DNA of 64,000 nt from Ascidiella aspersa (taxonomy: Eukaryota). Shown here piece by piece: positions 12,101 through 24,600 of this stretch (the stretch's first letter is position 1; each line of letters starts with the position of its first letter). The stretch covers positions 4,898,001 to 4,962,000 of the forward strand of contig OZ004610.1 of the NCBI GenBank assembly GCA_963924565.1, given 5' to 3'. The translations under genes and the position numbers were made by a program. The notes beneath the pieces were generated by a model, which made no database searches, was not told where the DNA came from, and worked only from the letters and a program-made list of their open reading frames with translations.

Positions 12101-15100
12101 AGTAGTCGAATTTGATGAGTAGTTAGATCGGTGAGTAGTCGGGTTCGGATGTTAGGTGATTTGGGTGAGTAGGTCGGTTAGGTGAGTAAGTGGTTAAGTT
12201 AGTTGAGTAAACGAGTTATTTGACTAGTTTATTTTGTCGATTAGTTGTTAATATTTTGCACATTAGGTTTGCCATAGTACACCGAAATTATTTTATTGAA
12301 ACTACACCGAAAGTCATTGCAGACTCAACGAATTTGTCGACCAATGATGCAAACAGGCAAAGCTAGAAAAACAACTAGCCGGCAGTGAGGTTCGAACTCA
12401 CGACCATCGACAGATTCGGCGAGTCCGCGATGGCTTTCGGTGTACTAATGATTCGTAGGCCGTAATCGTTGGTCAAAAATCAGCTTCAGAAGGGCTAGAT
12501 CACAGTTGTTAACACACATATGTGTGTGCAAGTTTCATAGGTTTCCCATATTGACAAGTTATATTACCTGTCAAGCCTCAAGTTGTGAATAATGTCGACC
12601 CGACGATTTCTCGGGTCGCAAAAGTGGAGCTGACAGCGAATCGGGAATTCCCCCCAGCCTCTCCTGGTCAGATGGAACGGCGCCTCGGTGACCTCTACAA
12701 GGTCATTCGGTCTGTAGCTCGGATGAAGGAAAAACCAAACCTTACAAAAATATGTCGAACTGTTCTAACGTGCTAACAGGGCTTGCATGTTACTAAAACA
12801 ATCGTAACGACTGTTAATCCGGGGTAACACTAGACAAGTGGTTCTTAACCGGGGGTTCGCGGCACTCTAGTGTGCTATTTTAACACTCAAGGGTGCCGAG
12901 ATATATTTCAAATTATTTAGTATTCCAATTTTCGCTCTATTGGTGAGCTTCTTAAAACAATTTTTTGGGTACGATAAAACGGCCAAACATTAGAAAGGTT
13001 TTGTTCAACCTTATTGCACAGTTATTGTGCTGTTTCAATCTCATTTATTGCACCGTTACAGTTAACCATTAAGCCAAAATACGAGCAAGGGTGTCGCGAA
13101 CTATTTATAACTTCTGTAGGGTGCCGCAACCTAAAAAAGGTTGGGAAAAAAAAACTAAAAAATACGAGAAATTACCTCGTGCCCAGTTTGTAAAATAGAT
13201 CGACGGGCGCATGATTTGCGTTGACAGGATATGGCGCGCGGGCCGTATGTTGCCCATTGTGTAAACTCTGTAAAGGGTTGTGCAACCTGCCGTCCGCAGA
13301 ACGAAATATGTGGCAACAGGCAGTCTTCCGTTTTAGACCCGTGACACTCCGGGTAGTTTGAAGTCCGGTTTAAATAAAACTTCAAATCGCACTTTTAAAA
13401 AAAAAAAAAAAAAAAAAACGAACTTCCCTTATCGACCGGTACTGACTAATAAAAATGGAGAATGGACTGTAAGGTTACTACCAAGTCAGTTTAGGGTGAA
13501 TTTGGTCGATGTGAATTGCTTTTGGTACACGGTCTTATCTGCACTCTGATTAAAATCGAGCATAGCTTGGGGTAATTTCGGTAATGGTAAATTGCTATTC
13601 TTAAGTCTGGTTGTTGTTTCAATGCGAAAGAGTTGATTGTTGGAAACACCTAAAATGTTAGAATATGACGTTTTGGCTTAGAACTTTTAACGCTCAAAAG
13701 TTAAACAAAACCTTTATGTGACACGCAAAATAGATGTGATACAAAGTACGTAGGATATCTGTCAATATTAAATGCTCCTACAAACGTTGGTTACTACTTG
13801 TTGTCAATCGAACTAGTTAGTAATCGCACGATTTGTCATTTGTCGCTTTATAAGGAATCTGTTTCACAAGATATGTCAGTATCCTGATGAAGGCGTTCTG
13901 TATAGGACGTCGAAACGTCGATTGATTATATACTACTGCTCGATGAGCAACACTCGGTCATACATTATGCCTGTCAGCAATAGCTCATTTCTAGAAACGT
14001 TGCTTTAAACAAGCTATCAATCGAGTAAAACACGCTTTTTGTACACCTGCACATCGTTAGGCATTAAATGTTACATTGAACAGGGTAAACTTTAATTTAA
14101 GGTTGATACCTTTCGAACAAAGTGGTCAATCCTGGGTTCATCTTTACTGCCGCGCACATACACCATCCACTTGTGCGTCGACTTGTCATTGCCTTCCCTT
14201 TTGTCAGGCGGGATGTACTTCGACACATTTCCTACGATTACCGTCTTCTTAATTCTGTGACGGGCCCTGCGCGAGCAATATGGCATGCGTGTCAGCTGGC
14301 AGCAACGCAACATGCAAACCACATTAATCTTTCATAGTAGTCTTTAGAAAAATCGCCCGAGGCCAAAAGGCGGCGTTAATCACTGGGTTGACTATTGCCA
14401 GGCGTTGCGCCAGGATGGCGGTTTCTTACCGCAGTTTAAATGTATTAGATTATCAGCCATTACCCGATGTTACTTTGGTTGTTGTTTGCCGGTAAAGAGG
14501 TTGTAGATTTTTTCGGCGTTGCATCTTGCATTTGAGCATCGCTTGTGATGTTTTTCGTGTCATTAATTTTCGTCTCTGCACCTGCAACAGTTAATTGGTT
14601 CAGATAATATGAATTGACCTAATAAAAAAGCTTATTGAAGATTACCTGTAGCAGCATCGTTTGGGCAGGGCAGGGATTCTTCAATAAGGGCTTCATCAAC
14701 CACAGAAGCTTGGTGAAGTTCATTTACAGACTCCTTTTGATCTTTGATATTATCTACTGGAGAATTTTTGCTCAAAACTGATGTAACAGCTTTTCGCAAA
14801 ATGTTCTGAAATGTAAAATATTATCTTACATTGCCTTGGTATCAACAATTTAAAGATCAAGACATAAGTGCAGAAATAGGCTTATTACCATATGACATTC
14901 ATGCAAATAATAAGTAGTATTCAGCTTTTGTTAGTTTTCAAATTGGAACACTAGTCTATATTTTAAAGTTTTATAACATTCTTATTGTGATATAGTTGAC
15001 ACTGAATGTGTTTCACTACATGCATAGAGCTGGCCACGTTAATCATCCTTTTACCAACCTCATGAATAATTTGTTAGCCAAACCCCTAAAACCTTTTAAA

Positions 15101-18100
15101 GGTAGACTAAAATGCAATGCTTTTTAAGTATGTTGGAAAGATAGTAAGGTAAGACACATGTATAACAACCTTGGTTATTTTTAGAAATCTTAGGTTTTAT
15201 GATAAAATAATGGGAAGTTTTGCAGGGCATGCGTTGCCAGGAACGTTTTTTATATTATTTGGTATCTGGCTGACAGCAAGGTCGTCATACAAGTAAGTGA
15301 ATTGATTGCAGTTATTTAGTCTGAACTGTTTTATGTATTAATTTTCAGTATGGAAAAGTTGTTTTTGCATTTAGGATAATTGAAAAACACAATTGTTAAC
15401 AACATTCCTCGCCATTTTACAGTAAACCCTGTATTAATCATGTTGTTTATTGATTTTGTTACCTATATCACAATATTATTATGGACTCCAGCCTTACGAT
15501 CAAAATTAGAACAACACTAATGTCGTAATAAAACACAATTCGGAATAAGGCCTAATATATGTCGGAATGAGACCTAAATGGCCAGTATAAGGACTATACA
15601 CTGTTTATCCTAACCCAACACCTCAAACCCAACGCCTAGCTTTATCACTAACTCCCCTAATAATTTAAATTAGAATTTTAGGCGTATTTTGACCATTTAG
15701 GTCTTATTCAGAGTCTTATTCAGACAATTTTAGATTTTATTTTGCAGGGTTATTACTCCAAATTAGGCCTTATTATGTTGCTGGTCTTAATACTGTGGTA
15801 TTATAGATCAGGGGCGTGCAACCTGCGGCCCGCGGAACCGAAATATGTGGCCCGCGGTGTGCTTTGATTTTTGGCCCGCACCATTTAACATTCAGGTAAC
15901 TGTTAAAATTAGACTTCCTGAATGTTCCTTAGTCTAGGTCGCCTTATATAGCATGTAAATTTTCAGTTTATTAGAATTAGAATATAATGGACCTGCTAAC
16001 ATATTAGAATAGAATGTGACCTGCTAACAAAATAAAACTACAAAATGTGTTTTGGATGCTGTTGCGGAAAGTGTACAACTTTGTGTGAAAGTGAATTGCA
16101 CTGAGCGCTGCAATATTTTTGTTCTTGAAATGCTTTCGAATAGCTACTTATGGCCATGTAAAGATAGCATGTTAAAAATGTCCGTTTGTTCTTTGGCGCT
16201 CATATGAAATGTTATTGTTTTACATTCAATTTCAATGATCATGTGAGTTGTAAAAAAAAGAAACAAATTTCTCTCTGCGCAGCCAAAAAGTATTTTTTTT
16301 ACCGCGAACATCTCAATCTAAATAAGTTTCCACAGCTGAGAAAATTTGTCGCATTTAAGGTGGCATTGTTCGGTTCAACGTACGTACGTGTGTGACCAAA
16401 TTTTTTTGTGGTAGTCACTAACACAGTGGTAGGCCAACTGTGGACCGCGAGTTATTTTTGAATAGCTTGGTGTTATCATGTACCGTAGTTGTTGGCCGCA
16501 TGATAGCCGTACATTCATTGCACTTTATTTTAACAATTGGTGTGGCATATAATGTTTTAAATTGGCTCAGCTTGGAAAGACCCACATGCCAAATGTGGTC
16601 TTGTGAGCCTGTAAAACTATATTTTCTGCCAACTTTAACTCTAAACGCAAAATTTTCGCGCTTCGCGCGTATATTCTTTTTTTATATAATGTTTTATATT
16701 ATAGCATGGTAGTGTTTTGGCCATTAAGCGCCATACAATATTTCACCTTAAAACCAAATATCCCCCAGAATTCGCCACTGTTTTCGTGGTGGTTTTACGT
16801 AGTGGGCCTTTAAGTAGCTCTGAAAAGGTTACTTTGGGCCGCAACAAAATGTTTGCCGACGACTGCACTAACAGGTAGACGATGAGATATGCAAGTGGCC
16901 CGTGGTCTAATCCGAATACAGATATTTGGCCCGGCAGTATGAAAGGTTGCACGCCCCTGTTATAGATTATTATAATTTGGATATTGTTGCTCTATTTATT
17001 TTGCTAAACAACATTATTTCAGTAATAACACTAAGTTTATTACTAGACATTTTGCTTCGCTAAGAAAAACAAATCAACAAAAGAAAAGGTGCTGCAGGTG
17101 TAATGTGGTATTGTTTGAGGGAATAACAAAAGTCTTCTTATCTGCTATTGGTATGTATAACCAACATCAAATTAGAGTTGTTATTTTGCATAACTTTTAT
17201 AGTAAAAAACATACTCCAAAAAATCTAAAACACTAATAAATTGAGATTATCTGTGTCACACAGGCTCAGTCAGGTCAACACAATAGATAAATACAATAGA
17301 TTAAATACCCTATTAAATGTGTCTCTTATCCAAATGCAGGATTTCTTATGGAGCAAGTTACCAACAATGGGCCTGAATTTCATATTATGAACCCAAATAA
17401 ACCAACAGAATTCCAAATGGGTAACAACTGGTCTCACTGCACAATGTACACATTCTTTATCTTTGCCGGAATGGCAGATATTCTTGTGGTATATTTTCCA
17501 AAAGGAACACCTAAAGGTTGGTTAAACCAGTTAATTGTAGCTCTAAGAAAATCATTGTTTGATAAGATCCAGTTAGAATCATATACTGAAATATAATATT
17601 ATTTTGGAACACAATACACAGGTTTCTTTCGTAATTTCTGTTGTGGTCTCACTCCGTTTACTTTCCTTAAGGCAGTAATTGCGTATGCGCATTTCACAGT
17701 CACGTGATTCATTAATTGTACCGCATTTATTTACTGTTTTGCCTGTGGTGATTACTATTCATCTGTGCTATGTAAATTGCTAATTATCCAAGCTATAAAT
17801 GCTTGTTTCATTTATTCGTTACTCCCTTTCTATTTTACTCCTCGAGCGAACAATACAAGAAATACAACAATTTAAATGAAAAGATTAAAGCCGTTATATT
17901 CGAATATTTAGTGTTGCACTTAAATATAGTTACGGGGTCTTATTCTACAGCCATGAGAATTTGTTTTTTAGGTTCTTCGGATTTTATGATGAGCCTTGCC
18001 TTGTTTGTGGAAGGCTATCTGTTTTATTTTCACACTCACGGAAGAGAAGAATTGGATGTACGCCTTCATATGCTTCTGGTGCTTGCAATATGGACAGGGG

Positions 18101-20941
18101 CCTTTGCAATGCTACTATTGGCTGCTTTTCACGACGAGAAACTTCCACAAAGTAAGGCTGGTCACCAAAAACTATCTTGCTTTTAATGTATATATAAAAT
18201 GTATATATATATCACATATATATACATGTACATGGCTTTTTTGTGATGTTATATTTAACCTATTAGACAAATTCACCAAAATAGTTAGCATTTTTCTCAA
18301 TTTGCAAAAATAAAACATTAAACCAATTTAAATACATCAATGGTTAATTAAACATGGCTTTAGGTAAGCATTTCCAACTGGTTTGCCGCAGGCCAATGAA
18401 AGTATATTTAACATTCATTTTTTATCCTTTTTTGTTTCTATTTCGGGTAAGCTCATTGAGTACACAATACAGAAAATGCAACAATCTGCATTTTTTCAGA
18501 TGATAAAAAGTACAACAATAAAAGGTATGCTGCAATTGAAGAAAATGGCGAAGTGCTAGAAACAACATCCCTTGATGAAAATGATGCATTAGAAAATTCA
18601 AGATCGAAGATTTTTCATGATATGGACTTTAAACTACTTTTGCAAGCAATCAATGGTAAAATGGAGAAAAACAATAACAACTCGGAAAATGGATTTTCAA
18701 CTCTTATTAGATTTACAGCAGTTGCATCAATTTTACTTCAGGGATCTTGGTTTTGGCAGGCAAGTAAAATTAATCTCAGTTTATCTTAACATGGCATTTT
18801 TAAGTAAAGCATTGTTTCTTTTAATTAAACATGTAATATGGACTAGGAGTAAAGTTATTTCTTTAAAACATACAAAAAACTCTGAAGTAGAAGCATTTGA
18901 AGAATGGCAAATAAGCATCTCGTAAAAGTTATGACCATCAACTAAAGCAGGGTTGCCCAAGGCTTAAACGCAGTTCAGGGGGCCACATATGGACAACATA
19001 TCGTTGAGTCTAATCTTGTACCCCCTATATCAAGAAAATACCAAAAATGTACAATAAAAGCAGGTCAAATTCAGAAATAAGTGAAAACAAGACTGTGCCC
19101 CCTGAAATTACTTTTTGCCAAATTTTACTGTTAAACACAACAATTTAAACACAACAATTTTGCACTGGGGATCTTTTAGCCTGTTTGAATCAGTTCACTC
19201 CTGGGTCTCATGCATATCCTGTTTTTTGCAAACTTGAATTGGATTAACAAAAAAGTTAGCCCACTGCCTGAAAGTATTTTCTGACACCTTTTCTATATCA
19301 CTGCAGGCTAGCGATGTGTGGACTTCCATTTCTGCAAAATCTATTCAGTTAATGAATTTTTGCAATTTGGGGTAATTTTTTGAAACAAGACACCTCTTTT
19401 TCTTAGCACTTTGTCACAGCGCTTACACACATAGATCTAATGGCCCTCATAATTTGTAACCAATATCTTTTGATAAACAACCATATAACAAGCAACATGC
19501 AATCTCCTTTATGTGTCCAACGTATCTGTTTCTAAATTAAAAATTTGCCTAATTTAAACAAAAAGGTAAATTTCATTAATAGCTGTAAGTACGAGTTTGT
19601 TACAGAACATTTGGTTTATTTTGGAAGACTTGTTTCGAAAAAAAAAAAAAGCCTTTTGTGCTTGGCACAGCTATTTTTAAAAAGTATGTTTAACTTGATT
19701 TCCATCTGTCATTTTTCAGGTTTCTTTTATTTTATATCCACCAAATGGAGAACCATGGGCGCCAGATTTGCATGTCAACGTGATGTTCGCAACTATGTTC
19801 TTCACCTGGCATCTTGCTACAATCATCGTTTTTATGTCAGTTGTTCATTTTTTGGTTTTCCAATTCATGAAAAGAACGCAGGAAATTTAAGCTGTGGCAA
19901 CTGTCCAGAGCATTTTTGTTTTTTACCTTATTTAATAAATTGTTTTAAAGTTGTGTTGTGTAATTGCTTTATTGACTACAAACACTAGGGTCCACAGACA
20001 CTAGGGTCTTACATAAATTTGCAAAAATACAATTAACTGGAGTGCTAACAAGAAACACCTTATTAGCAATAAATACTATATCAAAATTGATAAATATAAC
20101 CTGGATAGCTGGGTGCTGAGCAGTTCCTGGAACAGAGCCTTTATTTTTCTCCAGTGGTTTTGTGAAACTTGACGCATAGTAACTTGCGACAATGCAAGCT
20201 CGAAGTCGATCTAAGAGCTGCCGGGTCTCCACTAAGCGATCAGTTATCAGAGCGGCCTCTTCTTCCTTTAGGAAAATCATAAAAGATTAGCACAAATTTC
20301 TAAGGGATAGAACAAAGCATATAAGTTAATGTCTAGTTGAAATACAAATGCGTATAAATTCGGGGCTGTTATTAACCTAAAATGTGCAATCAGCAGTAAA
20401 CTTTGTTTTATGTGGTGAAGTTACTAACAGAGGAAGATGGATTTTTAATTTTGTATGGATTTGTTAAATAAGAGGAAGATGGATTTTTAATTTTGTATTT
20501 TTTAAGGCCAGTATGTATTACATTCTTACATATTATTAGCCAATGTTTTGTAGTGGACAATCACTTTTTAGTAAATCATTAAAAGGTAGAATTCGGTCTT
20601 ATGGTGGAAGAAATTAATGTCTTTTATGAAGTAAAAAAATTATAAAAATAACACCTTTCGTAATATTTCCTGGGAAAATTGCTCCTTGATAATTTTTCTT
20701 ATCTTTTCTTTGGCCTGCTCACATCCTAGAAATAAAAATTTATGTTTTATATACACAGACTAAGCATAGAAAATATCCCTAATGTTGGCAGCATATATCA
20801 CAATGACAATTGCATATAACAGATAAACATAGGGTCATTTCTTCCCAACATACCACTCTGTTCCAGAAATCTTGATCCAATTTTGGTTTTGGGTTGGTGT
20901 TCTTCCACAGCCTCAAAAGCATAGTCAGGGTCAACTTCCAT
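148..20941 (-). CDS. YEATS2: YEATS domain-containing protein 2 (ATAC complex subunit), 3' end beyond left edge
   Basis: GT-AG exons in consistent phase: 20854-20941 (MEVDPDY), 20655-20725 ([10 protein letters not shown]), 20101-20265 ([20 protein letters not shown]), 14646-14805, 14464-14581, 14110-14266 ([34 protein letters not shown]), 12568-12740 ([28 protein letters not shown]), 11848-11990 ([12 protein letters not shown]), 11382-11437, 11261-11312, 10328-10482, 9211-9268, 8848-8884, 7753-8492, 7114-7289, 4191-4320, 1704-1774, 1215-1281, 148-236. N-terminus and YEATS domain match vertebrate YEATS2 from memory; the small low-complexity exons are less certain. Confidence 0.93.
584..1124. 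mobile_element. Foldback MITE with long imperfect TIRs and CCTAAC-like internal repeats
   Basis: ~584-704 is the reverse complement of ~1006-1124; ~743-797 is the reverse complement of ~939-994. Confidence 0.7.
2067..2786. mobile_element. Non-autonomous hAT-type MITE
   Basis: TIRs CAGGGTTACCAT/ATGGCAACCCTG; perfect 8-bp TSD ATTAAAAG; subterminal GTCCTTATTT repeats. Confidence 0.85.
3355..3972. mobile_element. MITE with ~157-bp terminal inverted repeats
   Basis: 3355-3511 and 3813-3972 are near-perfect reverse complements (CACCCGG...CCGGGTG); internal 3x TATTAACCGGGTAAA. Confidence 0.85.
6678..7066. mobile_element. CCGATA-rich MITE, same family as 23755-24129
   Basis: Starts TAGAGATAGACCGATA and aligns along its length with 23755-24129. 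Confidence 0.7.
9561..9718 (-). mobile_element. Inverted-repeat relic carrying a hammerhead-like motif (probable Penelope pLTR fragment)
   Basis: Arms ~9561-9622 and ~9659-9718 are inverted. Minus strand 9643-9615 reads CTGATGA-A-GCAC-GGTT-GTGC-AAAA-GCTT, followed by AATAAA. Confidence 0.5.
9725..10260. mobile_element. hAT (Charlie-like) MITE
   Basis: CAGTGGTTC...GAACCACTG termini; 8-bp TSD ATTTAGAA. Confidence 0.85.
10524..10839. mobile_element. hAT-type MITE
   Basis: CAGTGGTTCTTAACC...GGTTGAGAACCGCTG; degenerate TSD ACGTAAGC/ACATAAGT. Confidence 0.7.
11683..11757 (+). tRNA. tRNA-like gene / SINE-like head with aberrant anticodon arm (probably not a canonical tRNA)
   Basis: GCCTGTG/CACAGGT acceptor stem, GCTC/GAGC D stem with A-box, GTGAG-TTCGAAC-CTCAC T arm (B-box), T5 at 11763-11767. 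The anticodon loop is 9 nt (CTCGGTATG), or 7 nt lacking U33 in the alternative register. Confidence 0.6.
12300..12540. repeat. Rearranged copy of the tRNA-associated dispersed repeat
   Basis: 12300-12405 is the reverse complement of 11729-11833 (T arm plus tail), followed by a forward tail and a segment matching 11519-11580 and 11120-11180. Confidence 0.75.
13876..13926 (+). ncRNA. Minimal type I hammerhead ribozyme motif (Penelope-like element type)
   Basis: CTGATGA-A-GGCGTTCT-GTAT-AGGACGTC-GAAA-CGTC: intact core, 8-bp stem II, palindromic ACGT stem III, atc/gat stem I. Confidence 0.65.
15210..19890 (+). CDS. TMEM45: Transmembrane protein 45 (TMEM45/DUF716 family), 6 exons, nested in YEATS2 intron 3
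   Basis: Exons 15210-15292 ([14 protein letters not shown]), 17047-17150, 17340-17516 ([11 protein letters not shown]), 17972-18151 ([21 protein letters not shown]), 18500-18759 ([11 protein letters not shown] donor), 19720-19890 ([20 protein letters not shown]). AATAAA at 19934-19939. Confidence 0.92.
15809..16959. mobile_element. hAT-type non-autonomous element in TMEM45 intron 1
   Basis: Perfect 16-bp TIR CAGGGGCGTGCAACCT; perfect TSD TTATAGAT. Confidence 0.9.
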
Positions 20942-21602
20942 CACATAAACAAAATTTACTACCACCTATGCTAGGAATAGGAGAAAAAGTACTTAGTGGA
21001 ACTACCTTCGTAAAACCATAACATGCAACAACGCCAATTGAAATGGTATTTTAACACAGCAAGAAGAGATGAAATTTGACAAAGAAATTAATAACATAAG
21101 CGCAATAGTTGGCTTTCTTTTTAGGAACATGGTGCACATGTCTCAAGAAATGTTAAATCAAGGTATTCTCCTCAATTTCAGACTGAAATTTGCGGAAAAG
21201 TCTTAAAGAAAGTCCTTTCTTTAAGTGTCACCGGTTGCTCTTGAATCCAGCTTTTTCCATGCCTTTGCCTGAATAATTAGTCCAATCCAGTGGTTTTTAA
21301 TCTTTTTTCTTGCTGCTCCCCTTTTAAATCAACAAATTCGCAGACCACCTTCTAGAAAGTGCTTAAATAACAAATCCATTGTAATATACTTTTCATTCAG
21401 GTAACTGATAACACAGTAACAACATACCAAAATGTGAGTTAGTTTTAAATTTAACTGAGCAAAGAAAAATTATGGTAATACATTTTCTATGTCTGAGTCA
21501 GCATCCCCACACCCCCAGGAACAGTTCTTGCACCCCTGGTTGAGAAACCCAGGTCTAATGTGATGAACGTTAGCAAATGAATGAAATTTGATAATGTCGT
21601 GT

Positions 21603-24600
21603 TCATAGAAATGTCCCTGTTGTTTCAGCATGGGAGAACCTTGACGATAAACCAGCTGATTGTTTCATCATTCTTTTCTTTGCTGCTTCGTCAAATCTGT
21701 TTACCTATTTGAAAATTTTAATTATATAATTAATAAACTTGAATAAAGTACAAATACAATATCTATTTTAAAATAAATGTATATACAAAGGGAGCAGTGG
21801 TACCCAAACTTATTGGGCACCTTCCATGAAATGTAAATGTTTTTTTGCGGCACCCTTACTGCAATATTTCAAGTGGGTAACTGTGATGTCACAATAAACT
21901 TTCTTTGAACGTTACATGCTAACTGTACAACATAGAAAAACTATTTTGCTTTGTTTCACTCGTAATATTAGAGTACCAATGTAATATTAGAGTATCAATA
22001 GGGCCGACAATTAAAAGTGTTTTCTGAACTTTTAAACTCTCAGCAATTGCATTTGTTCAGTTAAATTACATTTATAAGGCAGGTAGTAAATGGCAATAAA
22101 TATGCTGTGACTAACAGGCATAGTACATAAAGAAAATAGGTTCTCTCTGGCATTCATTTGTTTATATGACGTTTCTGCTACCTTTCTAGGATACCTTATC
22201 AGGGAATGAAACTAAAACCACACAAAGTAAAAAGACACAAAAAAGAAATAAAAAAGTGCCAAATAATGTTTAAAAATGGGCATTGTCGCTCTTAGCGCAT
22301 TTTTATCTCCTTTTTGTGAGTCCCTGACGAAGGCTTTCTAAATAGGAAGCCGAAACGCACGATAAACAAATAAATACCAAAAGAACTTATTTTCAAGGTA
22401 GTAAATGACAAGTTTATAATTAAATTAAAACTAGAAAAAATAAAAACCTGAAGATCGGTGTCACGATCGAACGGACGCCTAACAGGGCCGTCTTTGCTCT
22501 CTTCCTTTAACTTTCGTTTTCTTGACTTTTCATGAAGAGACATAAGAGATTCTGCTTCTACTCCATCCTAATAAACAGTATGATATAGAGATCAATAAAG
22601 CATATGAAATATATGTAATAATATATCAAACCCAATAAGGAGAACATTATTGTTGATTGCTTGGTTTGTTATCATTTAAATCACTAACATAGCCAATAAG
22701 GTTGGAAATCACACATTCGCAGATCTGTTTTTGCCCTAAGTGTCAAGTGACTTTATATGTGCGATTCCATAACCACAAAGGTGGCATAAATTACATTTGT
22801 GCATATTTTCAACATAAAGTAAGTTTCGGTCTTTTTTAAAAGTAAACATTTACTTTGAAATTTGAATAATACTTTGTTGGTTGCATGATAACATTTAAAT
22901 AACACAAATTTCACTGAACAATGTAGCAACCAGTTTTAGAAATACTAGCATTTACATGTATGTTGCCTTATCACCACTGCTCTCGTATTCAACTAACATT
23001 TCCCTATTCAATATTAGATTTTTGTTCCACATCACACAAAGTTGTAACTGCTATAATAAATATCCCATGTTGTTCACATGGAAGTACTATTGGCCTTACC
23101 TCGTATTTTGAAATTTGCTGCGCAATTGCAGTGTCCCTTTCTTGGACATACTTTTCAGAAGGATCAATTTCAACTTTAGTAGGTTTTTTACTGGCCTAGA
23201 GAAAATTACCAAATTAAAACAGATTACCTCACACCAGATGTAATTCAAATCCAAGATTAAAATTAATTTTGTACATTTTTGCAAACATTTTTGCAAACAT
23301 TTGAAAGAGTGCTAAAGAATAACACAAGTACAGTAAAAGTACCTTATGGTCATCGGATCAAGCTGCCCATCAAAACTAAATTAGTTTAGTGGCAATGTTC
23401 AAAGTAACACTAATTGGAAATAAAAAGTGCATAGATAAACAACATATAGATTCTAACGGTTAAAACAAATTTTAGAAGAACAAAAATGACAAAGCAGTGG
23501 AAAAATTAGCTAAGCGCTAGGATAAATATATGCATTAAGGTTACGTACTGTAGGATTTTTTTAAATCTGTACGGCTGTAATTAGCAATAAAAGTTAAATC
23601 GGAACAAACCCGCTTGAGCTTATCCTCTGGTGTGTCTGTCCACACAGACCTGTCTCCAATCTGCGTTGGGTTTGCTTTAAACGCCCGTGGACCCATTCCA
23701 AAGCCCTATAAAGATCCTTGATTAGTTAGTTTTTGACCGCAAATGCTACAGAACTATAGATAGACCAATATACCGGTTTATCAATAATATCGGCCAATAT
23801 TTGGCTTCTACAGATATTTTGGTATCAGTAAATGTAGGCTGATACTTTGGCCGATATTTTAATATGATATAATTGTTACTGTACAATAAACAAATTTTTT
23901 TTCCCATTTTTGACCAAAAATTTTCTGTTTTAGCATCACGCTAAGTTAATATGCAAAATAATAGTTTATAAATGAATAGAGGTATATAATGTAAAATGGT
24001 ATTTCGATTTTATTTTCAATTAATTTAAGTTTTGAAGATTTCCCAGGTATATAAAAACTCAGGTATCGGTTAGCTAAATTTAAAAAAAATCGGGTATCGG
24101 TCTCAAAAAGTGATATCGGTCCATCTCTATACAGAAGTACGAATTACCTGAAGCACAGGGGGCAATTCTGTCATCCATTCCTCTCGTTCAAGCTTCTTAG
24201 GTTTTCCTTTGCCAGTTAGATTATCTTTCATTCTTTTAGATCTGTGTTCATGGAAATATAAGTTGGCTCAATAGTGAAAACCAGTAACTATGGGCCAGGC
24301 TACATATCAGTCAACTTATAAAGGAATGACTTGAAAGCCTATTTTTTTTCGTGGAAAAAATTTCCAAAATAAATAGGCGCCATAAAAAATGCTGTCATTT
24401 ATAAATCAAATAGCAATCTTCGACCACCTATTCCGGCAATCTTCTTCATGGCAATATTATTGCAAATATAGGCAAAAAAGATATATATTATACGTGACAA
24501 ACAATAAAGGAAAAAACACTGGACCTTGTTCTAAAGCATGAGGCAAAAAAAATCGAGATAAACACCCTTCCAAATTATAATTTATCTTTTTCGGTAAAAA

